Shown: piece by piece, positions 23,136-32,140 of the stretch
Numbering within the stretch: the first letter of the stretch is position 1
Layout of the letters: every line of letters starts with the position of its first letter
DNA from: Candidatus Woesebacteria bacterium RIFCSPLOWO2_01_FULL_44_24b
Lineage (GTDB): Bacteria > Patescibacteriota > Microgenomatia > UBA8517
NCBI GenBank assembly: GCA_001793235.1
Contig: MGHM01000004.1
Location: 34,467 to 98,466, forward strand
DNA length: 64,000 nucleotides
Direction: 5' to 3'
The notes under the pieces: model-generated
What the model was told of the DNA's origin: nothing
Databases searched by the model: none
Seen by the model: only the letters and a program-made list of their open reading frames with translations
Position numbers and translations under genes: made by a program

Positions 23136-25144
23136 TCTAATTCTCGTACTTTATCCCTAATTTCAATTGCCAACTCGAAGTTAAGAGCCTCGGCGGCGAG
23201 TTTCATCTCCCGCCTTAACTTTCTCGCCAGCCTTTTTTTGTCCATCGGGGTAAGAGCATCAAGTTCAATATCGGGAAGCCTTGCATAAGTAATATCCCGG
23301 TCCTCAAGGGCCAAACTGGCAGCTTCTACATCGCGGTCAACAAGTTTTTCGCGGATTGGCTTTTCAATCGGCGTTGGAACGATGCCAAGTTTTTTATTCA
23401 TAGCAAGCTGATACTCTCGCCTGCGATCAACTTCGTCTAAAGCCCTCTTCATGGAGCCTGTGATACTGTCGGCATACAAAATCACTTTACCTTCAATGTG
23501 GCGCGCGGCACGGCCCATTGTCTGAATCAAGGTGACATCGCTTCGCAAAAAACCCTCTTTGTCGGCATCCAAAATCGCGACCAAAGAAACCTCTGGCAAA
23601 TCAAGGCCTTCACGAAGCAAATTTATCCCCACCAAACAGTCATATTTGCCGCTTCTTAAGTCATCCAGAATGTCAGTTCTATCAAGAGTGTGCACATCCG
23701 AGTGCAGATAGGCTACATCAATACCCTGCTCTTTCAGGTATTCCGCCAGGTCCTCGGCAGTGCGCTTGGTCAAAGTAGTCACTAAAGTTCGCTGGCCTTT
23801 TAATTTTTTGAGTTTAATTTCTTCAATTACATCAGAAACTTGAGTTTTAATCGGGCGCACTTCCACCTCCGGGTCGGGAATCCCAGTTGGCCGTACAAGC
23901 TGCTCAACAATATTTTTCTTCCCGGACATAGTCTTTTCCCACTCTGCCGGTGTTGCCGAAGTCGCAATAAATCTCGGGATTCTACGCATAAATTCTTCAA
24001 AAGTTAATGGACGGTTGTCGTAGGCAGCAGGAAGCCTAAAGCCATAATCAATTAAAGTTTTCTTCCGTGACAAATCCCCCGCATACATGCCACGAACTTG
24101 GGGGAAAGAAATGTGCGACTCATCGGCTATGACGAGCCATTTATTTCCATAAGCCTCCTGAAAGTAGTCCAAGAGGCTGTGGGGGGCATCTCCGGGAGCA
24201 CGGCCGTCAAAGTATCTGGAGTAATTTTCAATACCTTTGACATAGCCGATTTCCTCAATCATCTCAAGGTCATAAGTAACTTTTTGCTTTATTCTATTGG
24301 CCTCAAGAATCTTGCCCTGGCTCTCAAAAAACCCAACTCGCTCCGTGAGGTCAGAACGGATTTTTTCAAAAACCTGCTTGTTGTTTGTTGGATCTGTAAT
24401 AAAGTGCTTAGAGGGAAAAAGCATAAAGGCGGTGGACAGCTTTTCAAGAAGCTTGCCCGAAATCGGATCAATTATATTCACAGTCTTAATTTTGCCTTCT
24501 GCAATCTCTAAGTCCACACCTTGATCCTGATAGGAAGGGAAAATTGAAATAGTGTCACCACGGACGCGAAAAGTGCCTCTATGGAAGCCAAACTCACCGC
24601 GCTCATATTGAAGGTCAACGAGCCTGTCAATTATTTGCTCACGGGTGATGCGCATTCCGGGGGCAAACTCAAAAACGAATTTGCCGTACTCTTTTGGTGA
24701 ACCGATATTATAAATACAGCTGACCGAGGCTACAACTATCACATCTTTTCTGGTTAAAATATTTGCCGTTGCCTCAAGCCTGAGCTTATCTATTAGCTCA
24801 TTTATATCTGAATCTTTTTCAATATACGTGTCTGTTGAGGGAATGTAGGCTTCTGGTTGATAGTAATCATAGTAGCTCACGAAATAGCTCACAGCATTTT
24901 CCGGGAAAAAATCCCTGAACTCCTGATAAAGCTGGGCGGCCAGAGTTTTGTTGTGAGAAATTATTAAAGTCGGCATCTGAAGCTTCTCGATAGTATTGGC
25001 AACCGTAAAAGTTTTTCCAGAACCGGTTACACCAAGAAGAACTTGATACTTCTCGTTATTTTTTACTCGCTCAACAAGTGCATCAACAGCTTTCTTCTGA
25101 TCACGCACCGGCGAGAATCTTGATTTAATCTTGAATTTCCCCAT
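23132..25144 (-). CDS. uvrB: Excinuclease ABC subunit B
   Basis: GVTGSGKT, YYDYYQPEAY, DESH, GINLLREGLD, C-terminal UVR domain. Confidence 0.98.
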   Translation of the reverse strand: MGKFKIKSRFSPVRDQKKAVDALVERVKNNEKYQVLLGVTGSGKTFTVANTIEKLQMPTLIISHNKTLAAQLYQEFRDFFPENAVSYFVSYYDYYQPEAYIPSTDTYIEKDSDINELIDKLRLEATANILTRKDVIVVASVSCIYNIGSPKEYGKFVFEFAPGMRITREQIIDRLVDLQYERGEFGFHRGTFRVRGDTISIFPSYQDQGVDLEIAEGKIKTVNIIDPISGKLLEKLSTAFMLFPSKHFITDPTNNKQVFEKIRSDLTERVGFFESQGKILEANRIKQKVTYDLEMIEEIGYVKGIENYSRYFDGRAPGDAPHSLLDYFQEAYGNKWLVIADESHISFPQVRGMYAGDLSRKKTLIDYGFRLPAAYDNRPLTFEEFMRRIPRFIATSATPAEWEKTMSGKKNIVEQLVRPTGIPDPEVEVRPIKTQVSDVIEEIKLKKLKGQRTLVTTLTKRTAEDLAEYLKEQGIDVAYLHSDVHTLDRTDILDDLRSGKYDCLVGINLLREGLDLPEVSLVAILDADKEGFLRSDVTLIQTMGRAARHIEGKVILYADSITGSMKRALDEVDRRREYQLAMNKKLGIVPTPIEKPIREKLVDRDVEAASLALEDRDITYARLPDIELDALTPMDKKRLARKLRREMKLAAEALNFELAIEIRDKVRELE

Positions 25145-25171
25145 GAAGCATCATTATACAATATTTGCTAC

Positions 25172-25200
25172 TTGACACGTTCGGGTAATGTTAGTAGTAT
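25172..25200 (+). promoter_or_regulatory. lexA sigma-70 promoter with a candidate LexA operator in the spacer
   Basis: TTGACA-17 nt-TAGTAT, with GTTCGGGTAATGTTAGTAG at 25179-25197. Divergent uvrB -10 TATAAT at about 25153-25158. Confidence 0.7.
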
Positions 25201-25223
25201 GATTTTACAAACAAAATACAAAC

Positions 25224-25850
25224 ATGGCACCCATACTTTACAGACGTCAGAGACAAATTGTTGATTTTATACAGCAATATATTCAAGCAAATAGTACAGC
25301 CCCAACACTTCGCCAAATCGCCGATGCCATCGGAGTATCTTCACTCGCCACAGTCCATGAGCACCTTGCATCTTTGCAATATAAAGGCATAATCAAGCGA
25401 AAATCCGGGAAAAACCGATCCATTGAATTGGTAGACAAAACTCTCGACTTTCATATGGAAAAGGCAGTAGAGGTTCCAATTCTTGGCTTCATTGCCGCAG
25501 GTAAACCAATTGAGCCATACACAGACCCGCATGCAAAAATATTTATTGGCCCGGCATTTATATCGAGTAAAAAACGTGTTTATGTACTTCAAGTCCGCGG
25601 GGAAAGTATGATCGAGGAGCAAATCCGCGACGGGGATTATGTTGTTGTTGAAGAAACCGAGGAAGCCAGAAACGGCCAGATAGTGGTGGCGCTTTTAGAT
25701 AACGGCATGGCAACCTTAAAGCGCTTTTTCAAAGAAGCCACCAGAATCCGCCTTGAGCCAGCAAACGCTACAATGGCCCCGATTTTCGTCAAAAACGTCA
25801 CCATTCAAGGTAAAGTCGTCGGGCTTATCCGAAAATACCACTCAACCTAG
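25224..25850 (+). CDS. lexA: SOS repressor LexA
   Basis: N-terminal wHTH (PTLRQIA..SSLATVHEHL), AG cleavage site, GESM serine and TLKR lysine. Confidence 0.96.
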   Translation: MAPILYRRQRQIVDFIQQYIQANSTAPTLRQIADAIGVSSLATVHEHLASLQYKGIIKRKSGKNRSIELVDKTLDFHMEKAVEVPILGFIAAGKPIEPYTDPHAKIFIGPAFISSKKRVYVLQVRGESMIEEQIRDGDYVVVEETEEARNGQIVVALLDNGMATLKRFFKEATRIRLEPANATMAPIFVKNVTIQGKVVGLIRKYHST

Positions 25851-25851
25851 A

Positions 25852-27519
25852 CTATCTTCTTCTGGTTCTCATAAGTGGAGCCAGTAAATTTCTACCAGTC
25901 ATTGCCGTTGCCGGAGAAACACCCAATAGCGCGCAGATGGTTGGCGCAATATCGGCCAATATCCCAAAAGGAAGCATTTGAGCCTTACCAACAAAATCCT
26001 TCGAAACCGCGATAAAGGGAACCGGGTTATTGCTGTGCTCAGTGCTCACTTCCCCGTTATGCATAATCATTTCCTCGGCATTGCCGTGGTCGGCAGTAAC
26101 AAGCATGACTCCTCCGTAAGCCAGAATAAAGCGGGACAGCTCCCCAATGCATGCGTCAACCGCTTCCACCGACTTTATTGCTGCAGAGAGGTTTCCGGTG
26201 TGCCCAACCATGTCGGCATTGGCGAAATTTACCAGGGCAAAGGAATAAACATGATCTTTAACAAGTCTTGTGTATACCGCGCGAGTTAATTCGTAGGCAG
26301 ACATTTCTGGCTTTAAATCATACGTTGCCACTTTCGGGGAGGGAACTATAATCCTATCTTCACCCATATCAGCTCGCTCGTTTTGACCATTAAAATAGTA
26401 GGTTACAAATCTTTCCTTTTCGCTCTCTGCGGCCCGAAGCTGCCTCATGTTATTTAAGGCAACCACTCTACCTAGCGGCATTTTTACATTTTCAGGCGGA
26501 AAAGCAACTTTTGCTCCAAGCCCGCTAAGCTCACGGCTATACTCTGTCATCATTACAAAAAAAAGATTGGAGATTTTTGGCCCGCGCTTAAACACAATGG
26601 TGTCTTTTTTGGGAGGCTCGTGCTTATGCTCATATTCCACGGCGTATGGGTCAAATTCGCGTGCTTGACTGGCTTTCTCAAAATTATCCATTACAAAAGC
26701 TCGCGTAAGCTGCCGAGGTCTATCAATTCTGAAGTTAAAAAAAATAACTGAGTCGCTTGCTCCAATCACCGCTTTAGGCTTACCACTGGAATTAACTATT
26801 AGCGTGGGCTCTATAAACTCATCAGAAATCGAGTTCTCATACGAAAGTCTAATGGCTTCCTCCACGCTGGCAGATTTTTTGCCTTCACCTTTTGTAAGCG
26901 CGAAATAGGCTTTTTGGGTTCTGTCCCACCGAAGATCTCTATCCATCGCCCAATAGCGCCCCATAATGGATGCAATTTCTCCGATGCCTTCTTTTGCGAG
27001 AACCTCTTTAAGCTGGGAAACATAAGCCATGCTTGCGTTGGGCGGGGAATCTCTTCCGTCGGTGAATATATGAATAAAAAGGTTTTTGACTCTCTGGGTA
27101 TGGGCAAGATGAATAAGAGCAAAAAGATGCTCGATGCTTGAATGCACTCCCCCTGGTCCTAGAAGACCCATAAAATGAAGCTTGGTGTTGTTTTTTGTAC
27201 TATACCTGCAAGCGGCAAGTAGTGTTTCATTCTCAAAAAACGCGCTATCCGCTATGGACATGTTAATGCGAGCCAAATCCTGATAAACTATCCTTCCCGC
27301 TCCCAAGTTCAAGTGCCCCGTTTCTGTGTTTCCCACTTCACCACGAGGTAGCCCGACCGCTTCTCCGGAGGCTCTAAGCTGGGTATGCGGATAAGCCACC
27401 CAAAAACGATTGATGTTTGGAGTCTTTGCCTGGCTGATTGCGTTACCCGGCCCTGCGGGAGCCATCCCCCAGCCATCCAAAACCGTAAGGAGTACAAAGG
27501 GCTTTGAAATTACGGTCAT
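25852..27519 (-). CDS. gpmI: 2,3-bisphosphoglycerate-independent phosphoglycerate mutase
   Basis: LDGWG, DGRD, GRYWAMDRD, NADMVGHTG, TADHGNAE. Confidence 0.96.
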   Translation of the reverse strand: MTVISKPFVLLTVLDGWGMAPAGPGNAISQAKTPNINRFWVAYPHTQLRASGEAVGLPRGEVGNTETGHLNLGAGRIVYQDLARINMSIADSAFFENETLLAACRYSTKNNTKLHFMGLLGPGGVHSSIEHLFALIHLAHTQRVKNLFIHIFTDGRDSPPNASMAYVSQLKEVLAKEGIGEIASIMGRYWAMDRDLRWDRTQKAYFALTKGEGKKSASVEEAIRLSYENSISDEFIEPTLIVNSSGKPKAVIGASDSVIFFNFRIDRPRQLTRAFVMDNFEKASQAREFDPYAVEYEHKHEPPKKDTIVFKRGPKISNLFFVMMTEYSRELSGLGAKVAFPPENVKMPLGRVVALNNMRQLRAAESEKERFVTYYFNGQNERADMGEDRIIVPSPKVATYDLKPEMSAYELTRAVYTRLVKDHVYSFALVNFANADMVGHTGNLSAAIKSVEAVDACIGELSRFILAYGGVMLVTADHGNAEEMIMHNGEVSTEHSNNPVPFIAVSKDFVGKAQMLPFGILADIAPTICALLGVSPATAMTGRNLLAPLMRTRRR

Positions 27520-28791
27520 TTAACTTAAAGTTAGCTCAATTTCGATGGAGCTGAGTCTATTGTATTTTACAACTCTCTCTCCGCGTGCCGGAGCTCCAAA
27601 TTTTACATAGTCCGCACCAATTCCCACTGCAAACTCCGCAATAAAGGTGTCGTTGGTCTCTCCCGAGCGGTGAGATACTATTACTTTCCACCCAGCCGAG
27701 CGGGACATCTTAACTACATCCAGGGTTTCCGAAACCGTTCCGATCTGATTAGGTTTTACTAAAATGCCATTACATGCGCCCTCCGTTATCGCTTTTTGCA
27801 CACGTTTAGGATTTGTAGCTAAAATGTCATCCCCCACTATTGTTACCTGATTCCCTAAAACCTGCTTTATCTTCTTCCACCCTTCCCAGCCATCCTCGTA
27901 AAGCGGATCCTCTAAAACTGCCAGGTGATACATGCTATTTATTTCTTTGTAGTACTCAATTAATAAGTCCTCATTCAAGGGAGCAGACTTGTCGCGAATT
28001 GTGTAGACGTTATTTTCATAAAAAGAATCAGCCGCCACATCCAACCCCAAAAATACATCCCGTCCCAATTGGTAACTGGTCTGGCGAATTGCCTCCACCA
28101 AAACCTCGAGAGCATCTGCGTTTGTAAATAAGTTGGGTGCATAGCCTCCCTCATCACCAACCGAGTGAATGGCGCCGCGGTGAGCTAAATTTTCACCAAT
28201 CAAAAGATAAACCTCGACTCCCATCCTGAGCCCTTCTGAAAATTGTTTAGATGAAGCCGGAATAACGAAAAATTCCTGAAAATCAAGGTTGCCCGCCCCA
28301 TGAAGCCCTCCGTTTATCATGTTAAAAAGCGGGGTTGGAGCGTGCATTCGCGCCTCAATGCCATGAGCTACCGCAAGTTTATTAATCCATTGATACAAGT
28401 GAAGCTTTTGAGCCATGGCACCGGCTTTACAGACCGCCATCGATACCGCCAGAATGCTATTAGCTCCAAGCCTTGACTTGTTTTCCGTTCCGTCAAGTTC
28501 AATCAATTTTTTATCAATCCCCAGCTGGTCAGTGGCATCAAAACCTGCAGTCGAAAGCGTAGGGCTAATTATCTGGTTAACGTTATTAACAGCTTTTAAG
28601 ACGCCTTTACCGCGATAGCGTGAGGTGTCTTTGTCACGCAGCTCCAAGGCTTCATGCGAGCCGGTAGATGCTCCTGAGGGCACTGAAGCCACGGCCACGA
28701 TTCCGCTATCCAGCTGGCAGGCAGCCTCAACCGTCGGCGTTGCTCTTGAGTCTAATATTTCTCTGGCCCAAACTCGTTGTATTCTTGGCAT
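27520..28791 (-). CDS. eno: Enolase
   Basis: REILDSR, PSGASTG, VGDEGG, SHRSGET. Confidence 0.97.
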   Translation of the reverse strand: MPRIQRVWAREILDSRATPTVEAACQLDSGIVAVASVPSGASTGSHEALELRDKDTSRYRGKGVLKAVNNVNQIISPTLSTAGFDATDQLGIDKKLIELDGTENKSRLGANSILAVSMAVCKAGAMAQKLHLYQWINKLAVAHGIEARMHAPTPLFNMINGGLHGAGNLDFQEFFVIPASSKQFSEGLRMGVEVYLLIGENLAHRGAIHSVGDEGGYAPNLFTNADALEVLVEAIRQTSYQLGRDVFLGLDVAADSFYENNVYTIRDKSAPLNEDLLIEYYKEINSMYHLAVLEDPLYEDGWEGWKKIKQVLGNQVTIVGDDILATNPKRVQKAITEGACNGILVKPNQIGTVSETLDVVKMSRSAGWKVIVSHRSGETNDTFIAEFAVGIGADYVKFGAPARGERVVKYNRLSSIEIELTLS

Positions 28792-28792
28792 A

Positions 28793-31063
28793 TTATTTGA
28801 TTATATCTGCTTCAGTTCTGGCAATTACATCCCGAACTCGTTCAATCGCATCGGGGTTCACCGAAATACTTGTAATTCCATAGCGTACAAGCCGCTCAAC
28901 CAAGTCCTCATAGGTCGACGGTGCCTGGCCGCAAATTGAACTACTAATCTTATATTTATTGCATATCCTTATAGTCCTTCGCAAGGCCCAACGAACAGCC
29001 TTTGCGCGCTCATCAAAAGCTTCAGCCACTTCAGCGTTGTCGCGGTCCGTCCCCAATATAAGCATTGTCAAGTCATTACTGCCGATTGAAACCCCGTCAA
29101 TACCTACTTTTATGAAGTCCACTAGCTGAATCACATTAACCGGCAGCTCAACCATCATCCACAGTTTAAACGTAGAACTCTCAAAAAATCCCTCAGCGGC
29201 AATAAGCCTGCGAACTTTCGCAAGCTCCTCAGGCGAGCGGACATACGGAATCATCATCCACAGGTTGTCGTAATTTTCGCGGACCTTTTTGATGGCCTGA
29301 AGCTCCAGGTTGAAAACATCGGGGTGCGTTACATAGCGAAATGCTCCTCGAAAACCCATTAGGGGGTTGCTTTCCTCCGGCTCCCAAGCTTTGCCGCCGG
29401 GAAGTGCACGGTATTCATTGGTTTTGAAGTCAGTTGCCCGATAAACAACCGGTTTATTTTTGAAAGCCTCACAAAACTTGGTTAAGTCCCGGGCAAGTTT
29501 ATCGATAAAATCCTGCTGTTTTTTTTGCTTTATGGCCTCTTTGGGGTGAATACCGATGTTGGCAATCATAAACTCGGCGCGAAGAAGTCCTACGCCATCT
29601 ACGTGTCTTTTGGCAATTTCACGGACGCGGTCCGGCTCACCCAAATTAACATAAACCCGTGTCGCAGTTCTTACCTTTTTATATTTCTTTTTTCCGCCGG
29701 CTGGCGGATTAACTTCCTCTTTAACAACTTTCGCACCCATGTAAACTACTCCTTTGCCACCATCAACGGTTACTTTGTCGCCGTCTGAAAGCTTGGTTGT
29801 GGCTTCTTTGGTCCCAACCACACAAGGGACTCCAAGCTCGCGTGAGACTATTGCAGCGTGCGAAGTTAAGCCACCTTCGTTTGTAACAATTGCCACGGCT
29901 CGCTTCATTGCAGGCACATAATCAGGTGAGGTCATTGGGGCTACTAAAACATCCCCCTCGGTAACCTTTCCAATTTCTTTAGGAGACTTAAGAACTTTTA
30001 CAGTACCGCTTCCAATCCCCGGGCTTGCCGCTGCCCCTCGAAGAATCGGGGCATCTGCCATTTTCATGCCTCCTTCAGCCATAGATTTTGTGGTTCTTCC
30101 AATAGTTGTAACCGGACGGGTTTGGGTAATAAAGATTTTCTTACCGTTCTTTGCCCATTCAATATCCTGAGGGAAATAATAATGAGCCTGAAGCTTGGCG
30201 GCTAACTTGGCAAGAGCCACCACCTCTTCATTTGAGATCTTTTGTTTGTCGCGGAGGCGTTGGGGGACCTCCCTTTCCTCGGTCTTTTCACCGGTACGAA
30301 TTAACTGAACCCGTTGGTCGGAGATTTCCTTGGATAAAATCATAAAGGTTTCCTTTTGAACAACATAAGTGTCCGGGACTACCGAGCCTTGAACTATCAT
30401 TTCACCCAGTCCCCACACTGCCTCTACTATGATTTTGTCTTTGTCGTTCGTTACCGGGTCAATTGAAAACATAACTCCCGAAACTTCAGCAGGAACCATC
30501 TCCTGAACTATTACTGATATTTTTACCCGCTCGTGCTTGATTTTATTCTCTTCGCGGTAAAAAATAGCACGGGCCGTAAATAACGAAGCCCAACAGGCTT
30601 TTACGTTTTCCAAAAGGTTTGCATCCCCACGGACGTTCAGGTAAGTTGCCTGCTGACCTGCAAACGAGGCTCCTGGCAAGTCCTCCGCGGTAGCGCTTGA
30701 GCGAACTGCAACAAGCGCTCTTTTAAATCTCCCGGAGAGCTTCTTGTAACCTTTTATAGTCTCATGGGCAACAAGCTCAGGCATTCGGCAGGACACAATT
30801 TTCTTCTGAATTTTTCGCGAAGCATTCTCAAGGCTTTCAGGGTTTTTTACATCAGTATCGGCCAAAACATCATACAGATATTTTTGAAGCTCATTTTCCT
30901 CAATGAATCGGTCATAACCCTCAACCGTAATCGCAAATCCGTTGGGGACAGGAAACCCGGCCTGAGTCATTTCTCCGAGGTTGGCACCTTTTCCGCCTAC
31001 AATGGGGATATCGTGTTTATCAATTTCCTTAAAAAAAACTATGATAGGCCGGACAGCTGCCAT
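28793..31063 (-). CDS. ppsA: Phosphoenolpyruvate synthase (pyruvate, water dikinase)
   Basis: VGGKGANLGE, VRSSATAED..ASFAGQ, TSHAAIVSRELG, SIGSNDL. Confidence 0.95.
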   Translation of the reverse strand: MAAVRPIIVFFKEIDKHDIPIVGGKGANLGEMTQAGFPVPNGFAITVEGYDRFIEENELQKYLYDVLADTDVKNPESLENASRKIQKKIVSCRMPELVAHETIKGYKKLSGRFKRALVAVRSSATAEDLPGASFAGQQATYLNVRGDANLLENVKACWASLFTARAIFYREENKIKHERVKISVIVQEMVPAEVSGVMFSIDPVTNDKDKIIVEAVWGLGEMIVQGSVVPDTYVVQKETFMILSKEISDQRVQLIRTGEKTEEREVPQRLRDKQKISNEEVVALAKLAAKLQAHYYFPQDIEWAKNGKKIFITQTRPVTTIGRTTKSMAEGGMKMADAPILRGAAASPGIGSGTVKVLKSPKEIGKVTEGDVLVAPMTSPDYVPAMKRAVAIVTNEGGLTSHAAIVSRELGVPCVVGTKEATTKLSDGDKVTVDGGKGVVYMGAKVVKEEVNPPAGGKKKYKKVRTATRVYVNLGEPDRVREIAKRHVDGVGLLRAEFMIANIGIHPKEAIKQKKQQDFIDKLARDLTKFCEAFKNKPVVYRATDFKTNEYRALPGGKAWEPEESNPLMGFRGAFRYVTHPDVFNLELQAIKKVRENYDNLWMMIPYVRSPEELAKVRRLIAAEGFFESSTFKLWMMVELPVNVIQLVDFIKVGIDGVSIGSNDLTMLILGTDRDNAEVAEAFDERAKAVRWALRRTIRICNKYKISSSICGQAPSTYEDLVERLVRYGITSISVNPDAIERVRDVIARTEADIIK
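29693..29708. repeat. Short GC-rich palindrome inside ppsA (encodes NPPAGG)
   Basis: TCCGCC-GGCT-GGCGGA in an A/T-rich interdomain linker. Confidence 0.6.
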
Positions 31064-31100
31064 ACACATTCATATTACTTAGGATTAACTCTTATGACAA

Positions 31101-31117
31101 GGCCCGTCTGACGGGCC
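31101..31117. repeat. Perfect intergenic palindrome (terminator, operator or REP-like)
   Basis: GGCCCGTC-T-GACGGGCC between the PGI/PMI gene and ppsA. Confidence 0.55.
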
Positions 31118-31126
31118 AAGAAGTGT

Positions 31127-32140
31127 TTAGACCAACTTTTCCTTAAAATAATCCACCCAGGGGATGGCAAGAGGATCTTCCTGGTAAAGCGCGCCAAGAT
31201 ACATTTGGACGTAGCTCCCAAGCTGAATCACTTCGAATACCTGCTTTAATTTATTATCTCCGACCATTTTATATTCGTAAGTGGCGACATTATTTTTTTC
31301 AACAACCTCTTTTGTTAAGGGGTACCTCTTTTGAATTCTCTCATGGTAAAGCCCGGAGCTAAAAAATATAAACAGCAATTTTGAAGTAACGTCATTAGGA
31401 TTCTTCAGACCTTCCATCAAGTGATGATTAAGCTCGGGGATATCAAAGCTAGCAGAAAAACTTTTAGCAGACTCATTAAGCTGGTTTTTAACCACATGTA
31501 CGGCTCCTGTTAGATGCTCGCTGGCAACCAGAATCGGCGTTTTACCGCGAATTATACCGGCCAATTCCTCTGCCTTTGTTTTAAGCTCCCCCTGTTCAAC
31601 TTTCAAAAAATCAACTACTTCAAGAATTTCGTTATCGGTTTCGTTTATCGCTCCGCAATTTGATAGAGCACCAAAAATAGCACCAATTGAGTAGCCTACT
31701 GCAAGCCTTGGCTGATTTGACGGATTAAACTTGGGGTTTAGGATATAAACCGGGAGATTATTTGCTCTAGCTAAATCGATCAATTTCCCGCCGGCTGCAA
31801 TGACAAAAACGGGCAACTTTTTCTCGATTGCCTGGTTTAAACACGATACTGTTTCTTCGGTATTTCCGGAATAACTTGATGCAATTATCAGAGTTTGACT
31901 GTCAACATAACTTGGCAAAGAATAATCGGTCAGCACGTCTATCGAAGCGGAAGATTTATCGGACGCATACGCTTTGACAACCCGCCCGCCCAAGGCGGAA
32001 CCACCCATACCACATACCAAAACTCTTTTGAAATTCTTGAAGGTTACCGGAAGAGTAACTTTTCGTGACTCCTCCCACGCCTCCCAAAGCTGATCCGGCA
32101 AAAAGTTTACTGTATCCAAAACGTCTTTATTCAAATCCAT
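31127..32140 (-). CDS. Bifunctional phosphoglucose/phosphomannose isomerase (SIS domain)
   Basis: CGMGGSALGG, SYSGNTEET, QLNE.AK, PELNHH. Confidence 0.92.
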   Translation of the reverse strand: MDLNKDVLDTVNFLPDQLWEAWEESRKVTLPVTFKNFKRVLVCGMGGSALGGRVVKAYASDKSSASIDVLTDYSLPSYVDSQTLIIASSYSGNTEETVSCLNQAIEKKLPVFVIAAGGKLIDLARANNLPVYILNPKFNPSNQPRLAVGYSIGAIFGALSNCGAINETDNEILEVVDFLKVEQGELKTKAEELAGIIRGKTPILVASEHLTGAVHVVKNQLNESAKSFSASFDIPELNHHLMEGLKNPNDVTSKLLFIFFSSGLYHERIQKRYPLTKEVVEKNNVATYEYKMVGDNKLKQVFEVIQLGSYVQMYLGALYQEDPLAIPWVDYFKEKLV

